64,000 bases of DNA from a virus (IMGVR_UViG_3300028888_000069:61413-125412); one strand, 5' to 3'; shown: positions 13,101-26,739, numbered from the stretch's first letter. A program made the numbers and translations. Notes: generated from the letters alone by a model not told the origin.

Positions 13101-16100
13101 GTATAGGATCTTTTTCCCACACATTAGATAAAATAAGAGATTTAAATTCCCAGAATAATCTAGCATAGTCTTTTTTAGTAGAATTATCAGAAATTTCTTT
13201 CTTTCCTTCTACCATCATTATTGCTAGGTCTCTTTTATTTGGGCCGTCGGTAAGTCTCCAAACAGCACTTCCATCCGGAAGTTCCTCTCTTTCAGTACCT
13301 AAGAAATTAAAATTAGAATAAGAATGTATAGGATAAGAATAATTGAAATCTTCTAAATCTTTTGTTTCAGCTTCCCTAATATCTTTATTATCCTATGGGA
13401 CTAAACCTGTTCCTTCTAATTCTTTTGGATCAACGGGAACATCTATTGGCTTATCTTCACTTATAGGAACCTCTTTTTCTTTCTTTTTTTCTTCTTCTAT
13501 TTTTATTGAATCTTCACTATCAACATCAGTTAAATTTAAAGAATTCAACCATTCTAATTCAGATTTCTAAAATGCCTCAATAGCTTCTGTATTTAATATT
13601 ACAGAATCAGTGCTATTATCTTCTTGTTTTGGATTTCCTATTACAGAAGTAAGTTTGTTATTTTTTATAATAGTTCCTTTTCTACTTCTTGTTATAATTG
13701 TATAAAGATTCCTCATGAAATTCAGAGTCTAGAAAGGACTAGTAAAATCCCTTTTCCATCCTATGTCTACTACTAAATAATCGCATTCTTTTCCCTGAAC
13801 CTGTTCTATAGACAAGGCTTCTTTTACCTTTCCAGCTGCCTTTAGTTTTTTAAATAAATCAGAAGATTCATCACCAACAAATAATATATCTCCTTCTAAT
13901 GAATCTACATCCATATCCTTTGAAGAATCGATAATCATATCTCCTGTAAATTCTTTTCCATTTTTATAGTACTAAAGTCTAAATTCTTTTAATTTCTGTA
14001 TAGTTTGTTTATTATTAGTTTCTGTTTCTTCTGATCCTTCTGATGCCCTTAATATATCCATCATCTGTGATAATTTAGTCTAATTATAATATTTCCACTT
14101 ATTTGCGTCCCTTAAAGAAAATCCTAATTTAGGAACTCTAACCATAAAAGTAGATTCTCTAGTTAAACTAAATCCTGGATCTGTATTCTAATTCTAATTT
14201 TCATCTCCAGAAAATATTAATTCTACATCATTAAAAGCTGCCCATTTGCTTAATATTTGAAGTTCTGCATTAGAAAATAATGTGATTTCATCAATAATTA
14301 ATCTTTTAGGGGCATCGGGTGTTGTAGATACATTTATTTTTGATATATCAACAGAACGAATTTCTTTATACCCAGAAGGTTCATTTATTTTTAATTTTTC
14401 TTTATATTTATCATACTGTTCTACTAATATTTTTTTAAGTAGTTCTTCCTTATCAAATTCTTTTACTTTTATTCCCTTTTTAGTAGCAATTTCAGATAGA
14501 TTACCAATCTAAGAATCAGTAGGCCCACTTATCCAATCTCCTTCTTCCATAACAGCCTTATCTACTACAGAAGTTTTTCCAGAACCTCCTATTCCTGGAA
14601 TAAATATAGCATTTGATAATAATACTGTATCCTTATTATCGAAATATTCCGAAAAATATGTTAATGCTTTATTAAAGAGGGGCTTATTAGCTTGATGAGC
14701 CATTAATAATCTAATAGCATGTTTTTGAAAAGATAAAGGAGCTAAATTTTTATTTTCTTCTATAAAAGATTTATATTTAGAATAAAAAGAATCTGGACTT
14801 AAAGATATTACTGATAATAAATAGAAAAATTTATCATATTCAGTAAAGTTTTCTAAAGAAATATTTGCATCTAAAAGAGACGATTTCTATGTAGCTATTT
14901 TAGCTTTATCAAAATTAGAAAGAATTAATTCCAATAGAGTAGTAAGAGTTAGTTCTTTATTTTTTAAAGCTTTTCTTGCATTATTATATAATAATTTTTC
15001 TATCTGATAAACAGCAGTTTTTGGATTAGAATCGTCTATTTCATCAATTCCATCTAATAAATTAACAGAACCTAAAGTTAAACTAGATTTTAAAGAACGT
15101 AAAAATTTTAATTTAGTATTTTCAAAATTTTGCTCAAATTCTTTATACATTTTAACTTTATTAATTCTATTATTTCTAGATTTTTTTAGCCATCCATTTA
15201 TTTCTTGATAGTAGTTTTCTAGACTCTATACTAATACATTACCAGTATTAGTATTTATTTCTAATAATTCTTCTGCCTTTTCTCCCAACATATCTTTATG
15301 GGTTCTTATCCATTCATTCAATGCCTTATTGGCAGGTAATTCATGTAGGAAGTTTGTGTCTAGAGATGCCTATTTAATTACAGAACGAGCTATCTATAAT
15401 ACTTTTAAAGTATTCTCTAAAGCCTTTATTTGTTCATCATTTAATATATAATCTTCTACAGATTCTAATGTTTCAAAATCTTTATATATGTCTCGCAATA
15501 CATTTTCTATATCAGCAAAATTAACACCAATAATAGGAGCAATAGCTTTTAAAACTTTTAGTGTAGGATTACTATCAAAGTTTAATTTTTCTTTCAGTCT
15601 TTTTACTGCCTTATAAAAAGCATTCTAATTAATAGAAGTAATAATAGAATCTATAAATCTATCAGCTATTTTATTAAGGTCCTAACTTTCTTCTTCCTAT
15701 AACTAGGATGAATAATGTAATACTTTTTCTGGATTTATATATGCAACTCCTTCTGAAGTAATTATATCGTTGTATTCTGTACTTAATTCAGAAAAAACAG
15801 CGGCTTTTTCATCAAGGGTTGTTACGGTTTCCCCTTCATGAGAATCGCTAACTAATGTTATAGCATAATCAGAAGGATTATTAATAAGATATTGAAGTCT
15901 TATAAAATCATATAGATTTTTAACAAAAGGAGTATCTTCTTCAATAAATATTCCAGATTTACTTTTTTCTCCTGTTCCTATTAAATCATTTAATTCTCCT
16001 ACAAAATCTTCAAAAGAAATAAAAGAATCAAATTTTTTCTTATCATTAAAATTAATAAAATCTATTCCACCTTTTGTTATAAATCGAGCTAAAGATTTAA

Positions 16101-19100
16101 AAGTATAGTATCCAGAACCTGCGTTATAAGGAGCGTCTTTATCAAAATCTGCCATTTTACTATCTCCTTCTTCATCTAATCCAAAATAATCATCAAGTTC
16201 ATTCTAAACATAAGTTGAAATAATGGAATGTACTCTATCCTTTAATTCACCTACATTAGATAAATCGTCTTTTAAATCTTTAAGTATTTCTTCTATTTGA
16301 TTAAAGATAGATGTTAGTTCTTGTGGAAAATTATTAGAAGATTTTTTTAATACTGAAGCAATTATATCCTTTTTTCTCCAATTTAAGATTTGAATAATTC
16401 TTCTAAAAGTGTTAGAATCAATTATAGAATTTTCATCCAACATCTTGTTAACCTATTCAAGTATAATTCTATCTTTCTTTATTTTAATAAGGCTTTTTCT
16501 TATTTTTTTTCTTTTATTGTATTCCTCTTCAGTTTCCCCTTCTTTCTAAGAATCTCTAAATTCAAAATCTTCGTCAATACCTTGTTTTTCCCAAATTGGA
16601 ACTTCAATATCTTTTCCTTCATTAGTTACTGTTTCTCCTTCTATGTAAGATACAACATTTCCTGGATGAACATAAGAAGTAATACCTCTAGAATTATTTC
16701 CAAATTCCAATATATAGTGGCCTAATTTTGGAACTTTACTTCCCCTTGTAGTTATTTCGCCGTCTGCCATTGTTCCAGAACTTACTGCATTTTGATAAGC
16801 ATCAGACCACATAGCTGCTCTCCATTTTCCAGAAGATTCATCAAAAACTTGTACACTGGCAGAATCATTTGTAGTGTATACTTTTATATGTTTACCTTTT
16901 TCTATCAGCAATCTAGTTGCCATATTAAAGTCATATCCCTATTTTCCTTCTGAGAAAAAGACATTATCACTCCATCCATGAAGCCCAGCATCGATTCCTC
17001 CTGTATTATTATGGTGAGATTTAATTCTTCGAGTCATCCCATCTTCAGTAATAATATATTCAGAACCCTATTCAGTATAAAATTTTTTAGAAACTTTTGC
17101 TCCCTTTGGGCTAGTTATATCATTTAAATTTTCTCCATTAAATGTATTAGGAGATGTTCCAGGTCTAGTAAGAACTGCTTTTTCATAACTACTTCCATCA
17201 CCGACTTCCATTGTATTTCCAGGAATCCCTTCCCAAAGATCTTGTAAAACTTTTGGAACTTCTACAGGGGTTGTTGTAGTTTTTGTTTTAAGTTTCCTAG
17301 TATCTACTTTTATAAATCCTAACTGCCCAAACCAATTATTTAATCCAACTACTCCTCCAGGAGATAACTCTCCCCATGTAGATAATTTATCCCCTTTAGG
17401 GATTACTAAAGCAGCTGCCTAAAATAATCTCTTTTTTTGTTCATCAGTTAATGGAGATACTTCTGTATCGTTATCTTTTGTAGTTTTAAAATGGATAGAC
17501 CAATATCCATCTTCAAGGTCTTTTACTATTTCAAATTTTCTGTCTGGGTCTTCTCTTAATTGTAAATAGAAAGCTTTATTAGTTTTTGAAGGATCTGATT
17601 TCCAAGGCTTATCAAAAGTTTCTCCTTTTATTATATTAATGCCCGATAAAAGAATATTTATTTCATCATCAGTAAATTCTTCTACTTGCTAATCCCACAA
17701 CTACTTAACTTTTGGCAAATTAGGGAATAATTCTTCCATTTTTTCTAAATGTTTTCCCCAAACTTCTACATCTCCATCATTTAAAGTTTCTAATTCTTTT
17801 TTAGATCTAGTTTGAACCTCTTTATATAATTCAAAAGCCTAATCTAATTCAATTTGTCTTTTTTCTTTTTTATATTTGTCGTATAAGGAATCAACTATTC
17901 CTTTAAATTTATCGATTAATTCATAATAATTAACCCCAAATCTTTGCCTAGTAAAAGCATTTTTTGTCATAGTTAAAAATGCTCCACTTATTTCTGGATT
18001 TATAGCAAAAGCTGTTTTCTCTAAATAATAAAGAGATCCAGAAGAGAAAAATTCTTCCTTTCTTTTATTTAATTCTTCTTTCTTTGCTTCTAATTTTTCT
18101 TTTTGCTCGACATACTAAGGATCATCATCTCTCTTTTCTTTATCCTTCGTCTGTTCTTGTAAATCCTATAAAGCGGTTTCATTTGCAACTATTGTATCAG
18201 TTAAATCCTCAAATTCTTTAAAATAGCCTGCTATATAAGAAGCATCTTTAATAGAACCTCTTTCTACATCCTACTCTAATTTATCATTCAAAGCGGCCAT
18301 TTTATAGTCAGATAAAACCATTCTATCAAATAATTCATCATCAGTTAAATTTAATTGATTTCCTTTTATAATGTTATCCATCTATAATATAGATGATTTC
18401 ATCATATCATAAACAAATTCATTTTGAGATTTATTATTTTGATCAGCTGTAATAAAAGTTTTTGTTTCGTTACCTTCTGGATCAACACTAGTGGTAGTAT
18501 TTACAGATAAATTAGTATCACCTAATTGTCCTTTATCACGCAATTTACCTAATTCTTCTAATATTTCATTGGTTTTTCCCTACCTTATTGCATTCATTAA
18601 TTCTCTATGGTATTGTACATCTACAGTCGATTTTGGATTTTTTATAGCATCTACTCCATAAAATAATCCTCCACCAATAGCTCCACCAAAGAAAGACATT
18701 AAATATCTGTCTTTGGCGTTTTCCCAAGCACCTACATCTTTTTGAGATACTAAACCAAATTGTCCTGCCAATTCATATAAAGATTTAACAGTATCAGAAA
18801 CCAATTCTTCTGATACTTCTTCTAAACCTTCTCCCAAAGCTTTTCCAAAAAATCCTGCAGAATGTTCTTTTAAACTTTGTAAATAATTATCCTTAAAGGA
18901 ACTAACTGCTTTTTTAGCAGAATTCTTTCCTTTCTATACTAAATTTAGTAAATTCTTTTTACTTGCTTCTTCTTTAATAGTAGAAATCCCGGCCTTTTGA
19001 GCCATTCTTTCCATTATTGGTGTAACATCTTTTTCAACAGATTCTTTTAAGCTTTTTCTAAAAGCTTTTTGTGCAGCCAATTCTGGAGTATCATCAAAAA

Positions 19101-20673
19101 ACATTTCTCCTAAACCTGTTTTATCTACAAAATACATTCCCAAAGTACTTCCTAATGCAACAGCAGCTGCTTCCATTTTAGTTGCACCATGTTCTAACAT
19201 AGATTCATATACATCTGTATTAGATACTAAAGCCATATAAGCAAGAGATAAATTTGCTCCTGTTTCATAACTTTTAGAAATAGCTTTTTCAGCGGCTGGC
19301 ATTACTTTTTCTAAAGCCGCTGCTCCAACAGCAGTATTTTTCCACTTGCCAGATGCCATTAAATCTGCTACACCTTTACTGGAATCTGCTCCTGTATATT
19401 TTATAGCGGCTGTTATAGAATCCATCTTTCCTTCAAAGGCCTCTCCAAGCTTTCCTTCTTTCGCCTATTGTATTATTCTATTAGCCTATTTTTCATATTC
19501 AGCCATTGCTTTACTTTCAGCAGAAGCAAGAGATCCTTTTATGCCTTTTCCTGTATTAGTTACCCAATTAGCTATTTGCTTTTGCTGTCCCCACTATAAA
19601 GCAACATCAGAAACCAACCCAGCAAAGTTTTCAAAAGAAAAAGCATTCTATCTTCCTTTTTCAGAAGTAGACGTAGAAAGTCTTTTACCAAATGCCGCAA
19701 GTGTATTAACAAACTGTGAATCTTCTTCCTATCCCATTAAAGAGGTAAATACACCATCTAGCATTGGCAATGTTTTAGCCAATTCTTTAGCTATCATTAA
19801 TCCGCTATAAGCAGCAGAAATCTCTGCTCCTCCTAATACCATAGGAGCTAATGCCACTAAATTCTTTGCTATAATTCCAGCAGTACTTTTTTCAATATCA
19901 TCAGAATCAAAAAAGTCGTATTTATTTATAGCAGAATCTTCTTTAGTAAGAACATCAAAAGCACTTAATACTTCTTTTCCTACTATTGACCTTCCTCCTA
20001 AAGTTTCATAATAATATTCTCCCTAAGGATTTAATTTCTTTTCTCCTTTAAGGTGTTTAACAGTCTATCCAGTTATAGGATCTGTTTCTTCTTCATCTTT
20101 GTCATAAGTGGCCAATACCAAAGAATCAGCAAAAGGATTTAATACGTTCGTTATATATCTAATAGGGTTGGTAAATAAAGAATAGTCTTCTGGAGAATGT
20201 TCTATAAATTTACCTTCTTTATAATCCCATATTTTTTGTCTTTGTGCTAACTCAGCTTCGGTTTTAGTTCTAGGCCCTTCCATATTAAACCCAGAAATAC
20301 CTAAAGAAGTATGATTTGGGTTGTCTGTTTCTATTAAATCTAAACCAGGATTTTTGACACGAGAAGTTGGTTTCTGGAAAGTATCCCAGAAACCATATTC
20401 ATAATTGTCAACTTTCTAAGAAGAAGAAAAATCAGAAAATTTATATGCTTGTTGTTGATAAAAAGCATCAAATTTATCTGGAGAAAAGTTACCTTCATTG
20501 TCTTTAAAAATATCTTGATTTTTGATATATTCAGAATTTTTATAATAATCAGCATCTTTTAACTGAGTATTATCCAAAGTCATTCCTAAAACTTCTTTAA
20601 AATCCTGGCTTTCAAAAGTTGGATTATTTATTCCAGCAACTATCCAATCGTTTTCTTTTAATTGTTTATTCAT
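10126..20673 (-). CDS. Giant virion cargo protein (3,515 aa, TAG=Gln) with N-terminal hydrophobic helices and a central SF1 helicase/ATPase domain
   Basis: Fifteen track fragments from 10126 to 20416 share one frame; only the last ends in TAA (10126). Walker A GIGGSGKT at 14572-14595, Walker B LIIDEIT ~14281-14301, FSGDENQ, EQVQGKECD, LYTIITRSRKG ~13675-13707. GEGLEEVSEE and FFGGAIGGGLF hydrophobic segments near 18650-18840. Adjacent to the RNAP, as in crAss genomes. Confidence 0.85.
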
Positions 20674-23600
20674 TATAATACTCCTGTTTTAACCGTGCCA
20701 GCTTGAGACCTTTTATTAAATATCTAATAAGAGTGTTCTAAAGCTCTAGCATCAGCTGTTTTTACTTTAACTCCTCCAGCATTTTGGGCTGCAAGTGCAT
20801 TATTTATAAGAGGTATAAATATAGAAGCTTTATATACTTCATCATATCCAAATTCTAACCAATGATTGTTAACATCAAACTCATAATTAGATTTATTCTT
20901 ATCAGTACTAAATGTTTCGTTCATCATTCTTTCAACATCTTCTAATTCATCCTCATCCGTTATTTTATCTATATATTTACTATCCTTACTAATTACTCTA
21001 TCAGAAGTGTATCCCTATACTACTAGGAATTGTCCTACTCTATTTTTATTAGGCATTCCATCTTCTCCTACTAATTCATCTAAATGAGCTTCTTTTAATT
21101 TTTCAGCAAATAGCTTTTGATACTATTCAGAGTTTTTACCAATTCCATTTTGTTGAGCAATTTGGTCGGTTTTATTTATAGCATCTTGGAAATCTTCTAT
21201 GATACTAAAATCGACTTGTTTAGTTCCATTTACTATTCTAAACGGAAGAGTAGTAATTGCCTTATCTTCATTATTAAGATATAATATATCTTTAAATTTA
21301 TTGGGATTTACTGCTTGGTCACCAAATGTAATACCTCTATTTCCGTCTAAAACTCCTTGGAAACCGCTCTTCGTTAACATATCAGCTAAACTCATATTCC
21401 CTTCTACTTCTGGTAGGGCTGAATATTTAGTAGCATTTACTCTTAAAGCAGCTCTATAACCGTTTCCATTTTCTTGGTCTCCCCCTGGTCTTATAACCAA
21501 TGTTCCAGGATGACCGCCCTGTTCTGCTATCATTTGTGCAACAGGAGATAATTCCATTCCTCCTATTCCTCCAGACTCTCCTCTAGGGCCATTAGTAGCT
21601 GTAGCATCATAAGATATACTAGTTTTTTGAGAAATGTCTTCATTAGCCATATACATCTATTTAATTAATTCTACAGGTTTTCCTCCAGAATAAAGTTTTA
21701 ATAAAGTTACTTCATTAGGAGAAAGTTGAGACATAACATAAGTTATGGCCGCTTTAATTTGTTCTTTCTATGTTTTTGTAGCATTTTTTATTTTATATAT
21801 GCCATCTTCACTTTGTTCTGTTAAAAGTTGAAATCCTTTTTGTATTTTTAATACTTCTTCTTTCGTATGTAAAGACTCATTCTCTATTTCAGTAGTTCCT
21901 ACTTTTATAGGAATTTCTTTTATTTTTTTATTAATAGCTTCCATACTTGTAGCATTTCCTACAATGTTAGTAAGCTACATATTATTAGCGTAAGTTGGAT
22001 AATATTCTCTAAGATTAGCTACTTGTTGATTAGTTAAAGGGTTTACTTTGTCTTTATTTTTTTCATATTCTTCATAAGACATATAACTAATAACTCCTTC
22101 TTCATTTTGAACTACCATTCTTCCGCTAGAGTTAATAGCAAATTCATTTAATCCTCCTTTTTCATCTGCTTGCTTTTTAGCAGCATCTAACTAATCTTTA
22201 TTATATTTGGCCATATTAGCTTGTCTAATTGCTTGAAGAGCTCTTACTTCTAAATCATCAGTATTTATTCCTCCTCCAGTTAAATTAGATAAACTATCTA
22301 ACCTTAATTGTTTTTCTAAACTAGTAGTAATTGCCTATACATCACTAGGAAGCCCTTCTAATTTAGTTAATAAATGTTTTAATACTTCGTCTAATTTTTC
22401 AGCCTATTCTTTTCCTTGATTTCCTGTCCCAGCTCCAGAAGAAGAAGAAATAGAATTACCTAACTAAGATGAAACACCCTATGTCTGGGAGGTATCTCTT
22501 CCTGCATAAGGAAGGGGTGTGTATACCCAAAAAGGGGCTATTCCTCCGCTTTGATATTTTAAAGGTAATCTTTTATATTTAGGCCTGTCATTTAATTTTT
22601 GTGCTTCTAAAGATAGCTTTGACATTTTTTCAAAATGTTCTACAGCATCTCTGGCACTTTTATAAAGTAATTCGGCATTTTTAGCATTATTATCTTTAAT
22701 AGTAGTTCTAGTAGTTGTTTTCTATTTAGATGATACTCTAGATCCATTTGCCGAAATTTTTATTTTTCCGCCTCTTTTAAAATAATAATTATTTAACTAA
22801 ATATCATTTAATAACTTTAAAGTATCATCTTGTCTACGTCTTGTTACATAACTATTAAATTTAGATAAAGCCTTATATAATTCTCTGTACTTTTCTTTCT
22901 CTTCTTCTGTAAGAGGCTCGTTTTTATTTATTAATTCCTATAATTCTAATCTTGCATCATTTGCTGTCCATCGTTTTCCGTCATATGTAAAATCTACTTC
23001 TCTTGTTTTTGTAGGATTATCTGGATCAGCTTCATAGTATTTTATATACCCATTATTAAGTATATCTTGATATTCGTTATTTATATTATATTGTCTGTTT
23101 TGAACACTTAAAGATTTTAATAATTCTTCTCTTTCTCTTGCTCTTAATTCTAATCCTTTAAAGAAATTTTCAATACTAGTTCCTTCAGATGCTAATTTTT
23201 GTGCTAATAAGTTATGTCTTGCATTCTCAGCTGCAACAAGAGATTTCGTATTCTAATTAGCAACATCTGTAGCTCTAGCAATATTATTGTCTTCATGTGT
23301 TGCAGATTCAGCCCTGGTTTCTCTAATTCTCTAATTGTCCGCTAAATCCCCTTGTGCTTCATATTCAGCTCCCTATCTTTGTGCTTCCATTACTTGAGCC
23401 ATTTGGGAGTCCATATTAGAAGTAACAGGTCTAGATCCCATATATCTTAACCTAGAAGCCCTATTATAAAACTATTGTTTAGTAGCTTCATCTCCTTCTA
23501 CTCTTCTATGGGTATTAAAAGTCTTTATTAAAGCAGGGTTAATTCCTTTTAAAGCTTCATTATATATTCTATTATCAGACCATAGATTATGAGCAAGTCT

Positions 23601-24401
23601 AATTCCATCTAATGCATCACTCCATTTAAATCTCTATCTAAATTTATTTAAAAAATCATTAAATCCAGGACTTCTTGGACCAGGTTGTCTTTCTGGCATC
23701 CCATTCTAATCAGTCGGTTGTTCTTCTGGCTATCCTTCTGGCTATCCTTCTGGCTGTTCTCCTTCTGGTTTCTATCCGCTTCCAGGGCCTGTTAATTGAT
23801 AATCCCTCCAATAAATAGTATTATCGTCATTCCAACCTTCTTTTACAGGGTTTTCTGATACGGTATAATTACCTATAACACTTGGATCAACCCAATGCTG
23901 ATTTCCCTATTCATCATTATAAAAATATCTTTTACCTTCATTTAAGAATACATTATGTCTAGCCCCTAAAATATTATCATATCTAATATGGTCTATATAA
24001 TCCTTTAAATTGGTATAAGTTTTTTGAGTAGGCCTTCCATAAGTATCGGCAACTTTTGTTGTCCAAGAGGTTCTTAAATTTCCATTAGGATCAAAGAATC
24101 TCTATTGATTATTGTCAGGCAGAAGTCTATCTACAGCTTCCGCCCACTTTTTTCCTATATCAGTGAAATTACCGTTTTCATCCAATAATTTATTTCCAAA
24201 ATCTCTATAATACTAATGTGATTCTATATCCTAAGTAGTTCTCTAAGTGTTTCCTACAGTAGCCCTGTATCTATTTCCCAACCCTTCTATGTTAGAAACC
24301 CAAGGATCTCTATAATCACTTGCGTTTACTAACCTTTCAGTATTCATAGAATACTGGTATTTATTAGGGTCATAATCTATTAATCCGTTATACCAAGGCA
24401 T
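20673..24401 (-). CDS. crAss virion cargo/ejection protein, 1,242 aa (TAG=Gln)
   Basis: Fragments 20724 and 21123 are in frame with ATG 24401 (MPWYNGL...). TAA at 20673 overlaps the next ATG (TAATG). Frame checked open across 22540-22860. Contains FKRGGKI and KYQSGGI motifs and a PEGQ repeat. Confidence 0.75.
23716..23777 (-). repeat. 12-bp tandem coding repeat (PEGQ)n
   Basis: Minus strand reads cca gaa gga gaa CAG / cca gaa gga TAG / cca gaa gga TAG / cca gaa gaa CAA. TAG occupies the Gln position of neighbouring units. Confidence 0.85.
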
Positions 24402-24402
24402 A

Positions 24403-26739
24403 TTATTTATTATTTATTAAAAAGTCTGTTAAATAATTATCTAAATTTCTATATATTTTACCTCCATATTTAAATATTCCATGGCTTTCCATTAATCTTT
24501 TCATTAACTCGTCTCTATTTTTATTGAAATAAATTCTATTTATATAATCCTTTTCAACTGGATTAGATATTATAACTTCTCCAGACCTTCCATTAAGACT
24601 AGGTATAGTATTAGACAATACCCAATCTGAATTAGAGTTTTTCATTAATAATATTTGTCCTTCTGTCCAGTCCTTTCCAGCAGCAGGAAAACTCATAATA
24701 CCATCATGTTGTAATATTAATTTAGGGCTGGCCATTCTTCCTACAGGTGTTACATAAGGCTTTCTTCCTTTAGGTGTCATATAAGGCTTCTTGTAGGCTC
24801 TTAATCCTTTAGGTGTCATATAAGGCTTCTTGTAGGCCCTTAATCCAGCAGGAGTTTCTCTTCCAAATAGTCTTCCTCTCTGTATTGCCCCTCTAAATGC
24901 CCTTGGAACATTTTCACTATTTTCTATCTAACTATTTACTCTTTGATATACTCTTCTATTATGATTTTTAGGTGATAAGAAACCTCTATTAGCATCAGCT
25001 ATTTCATTTACTTGTGCCTCTGTAAGAGGTGCATTAGTATATATAGAACCTGTTCTTTCTACGTCTATTTTAGGGCTTCCTAAATTTCTTCTTGCATTAT
25101 ACCAATGAGGTTCTCCTAATATTATATCGTCTGGCTCTGCTCCTGCTTTATGAAGAGCCGCTTTTACTTGTTCATTCTCGGATAAAATTCTTCTTTGTTC
25201 CTTTATTGATTTTATTCTTAAATTTTTCCATATAGGAGCATCTGGAGCATCTTTTAATTCAACATTTAATTCTTTTATTTCATTTCCTACCTTAACTTTA
25301 AATTTTACTCTTCCTAATTGTTTTAATCCTCTGGCTGCATTTATAGCACCTACAGCTTTAGCAGATTTTACACCTTTCATTGCTTGTATACCTACTAAAA
25401 TCTAGCCTAACTGTTTCCAATCTCCAAAAGTAAAATCTTCTCCACTATTTATTTTGGATACTAAATTTGCTCCACCCATACCTATAAGAACTCCTGCAAG
25501 TGTTTTTCCTCCCCATTTTATCAAATTAGTAAGAGTTTTCACTGCTCTTGCTCCTAAAGCAAAGTCTCCAATAATAGGAATAGCTCCAATCGCTCCTAAT
25601 GTATAATCACCTAAAGTAGACCAAAATCCTGCTCCTTCTTTAGTGTGTGCATTAGCATAATGTCTTGCTCCCGCTGCTCCTAAACCTAAAGCAGCTGCAG
25701 AAAAAGGCTCAGGGTCTATAATAGAAACAACATCAGCAGCTAAAGAACCTACCATTCCCCAAAAATACTCAGGATTCTTTTTAATTACTTCTGAAAGACT
25801 GTATTCATCAATATTTTTTTCTGGCTGGTCTTCTGCTACAGGTAACTAAACTTCTAATCCAGAAACAGGTTGTTCTGTTTGTTGTTCTGTTTGTTGTTCT
25901 GGATTTTGCTGTCCCGCCTGTTGTTGAGCTGGCTATCCTGCCTATTGCTGAGCTTGAGACTATTGTTGTTCATAATTCTATCTGCCTTCAGCAGTCAATG
26001 TATCTGTTTCTAAAAAATGTTTCCAATTTATACCTGCTGCATTTAAAGCTTGTTTTATTTCGTCTAAATTTCCTAATTGTAAAGCATGTAAAGCATTTTC
26101 TAATTTCTCTTTATGTTCATCGGCATCTTTAAATGCAGAGCCTTCATAATTCTATTCAGGCAATTCTCTTATATATTCTTCTATTAGTTTTCCTAATGCT
26201 TGCTTTCTATTTTCAATTCCTCTATAATGTGTATTAGGATCTACTTTATCCATATCATCCCAATCACTTATATTTGGATTTTCTTGTCCTCCAAATACTT
26301 TCTTTATAAAAAATTTATCAAAATCACTTGGAGTATATTTAGGTAATCCTTCTAATCTTTTCTTTTCTTCCTTTTCCTCTTTTTTTCTTTTCTCTTCTTC
26401 ACTATAGGAGTTTTCTTCTAGTTTTCTGTTTATATAATAAGCAGCATCACCGTAAGCTTCTCTTAATTTCTTTGCTAATGCATGATTATCTATCTGTTCC
26501 CCTTCGTATGTAGTATTTCGTACTCCGTTTATTACCTACATACCTGTTATTCCCCTGCTCATTAAGTCCTAATAAGCTGTTCTAAATCTTTCCTATTCTT
26601 TCTTACTCCAATTCTATGAAGCAATATAATCTTCCACTTCAGCGGCTGCTTTTTCATTAAATGTATTAGCATCTACTACTCTGTCATATCCAAAGTGCAA
26701 AGTGGTCCCACCCTATTGTAATTTTTTAATTTGTGCCAT
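24403..26739 (-). CDS. crAss virion cargo protein, 778 aa (TAG=Gln), with Gln-rich linker and Gly/Ala-rich membrane-inserting segment
   Basis: Fragments 24403, 24928 and 25402 are in frame with ATG 26739 (MAQIKKLQ-Q(TAG)-GG). Gln-rich linker at ~25870-25980. Hydrophobic segment SAAALGLGAAG...LGAIGAIPIIGDFALG. C-terminal FKYGGKI. Confidence 0.8.
24767..24846 (-). repeat. 39-bp tandem duplication encoding (GLRAYKKPYMTPK)x2
   Basis: cctttaggtgtcatataaggcttcttgtaggc(t/c)cttaat at 24767-24805 and 24806-24844 with one mismatch; degenerate copies (KPYVTPVGR) follow in the protein. Confidence 0.9.

Noticed and set aside
20340-20555. Alternative-frame minus-strand ORFs 20340..20555 and 55289..55471
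   Set aside because: Nested out of frame within well-supported long genes, with no independent evidence.
2-20673. Introns or inteins in the RNAP and giant cargo genes
   Set aside because: The frame is constant throughout, and I saw no LAGLIDADG/HNH motifs or intein C...HN termini in the parts translated. Not exhaustively excluded.
23716-25980. CRISPR array suggested by short direct repeats
   Set aside because: The repeats are tandem, in-frame and coding (12 bp, 39 bp, Gln-rich linker), with no unique spacers and no cas genes.
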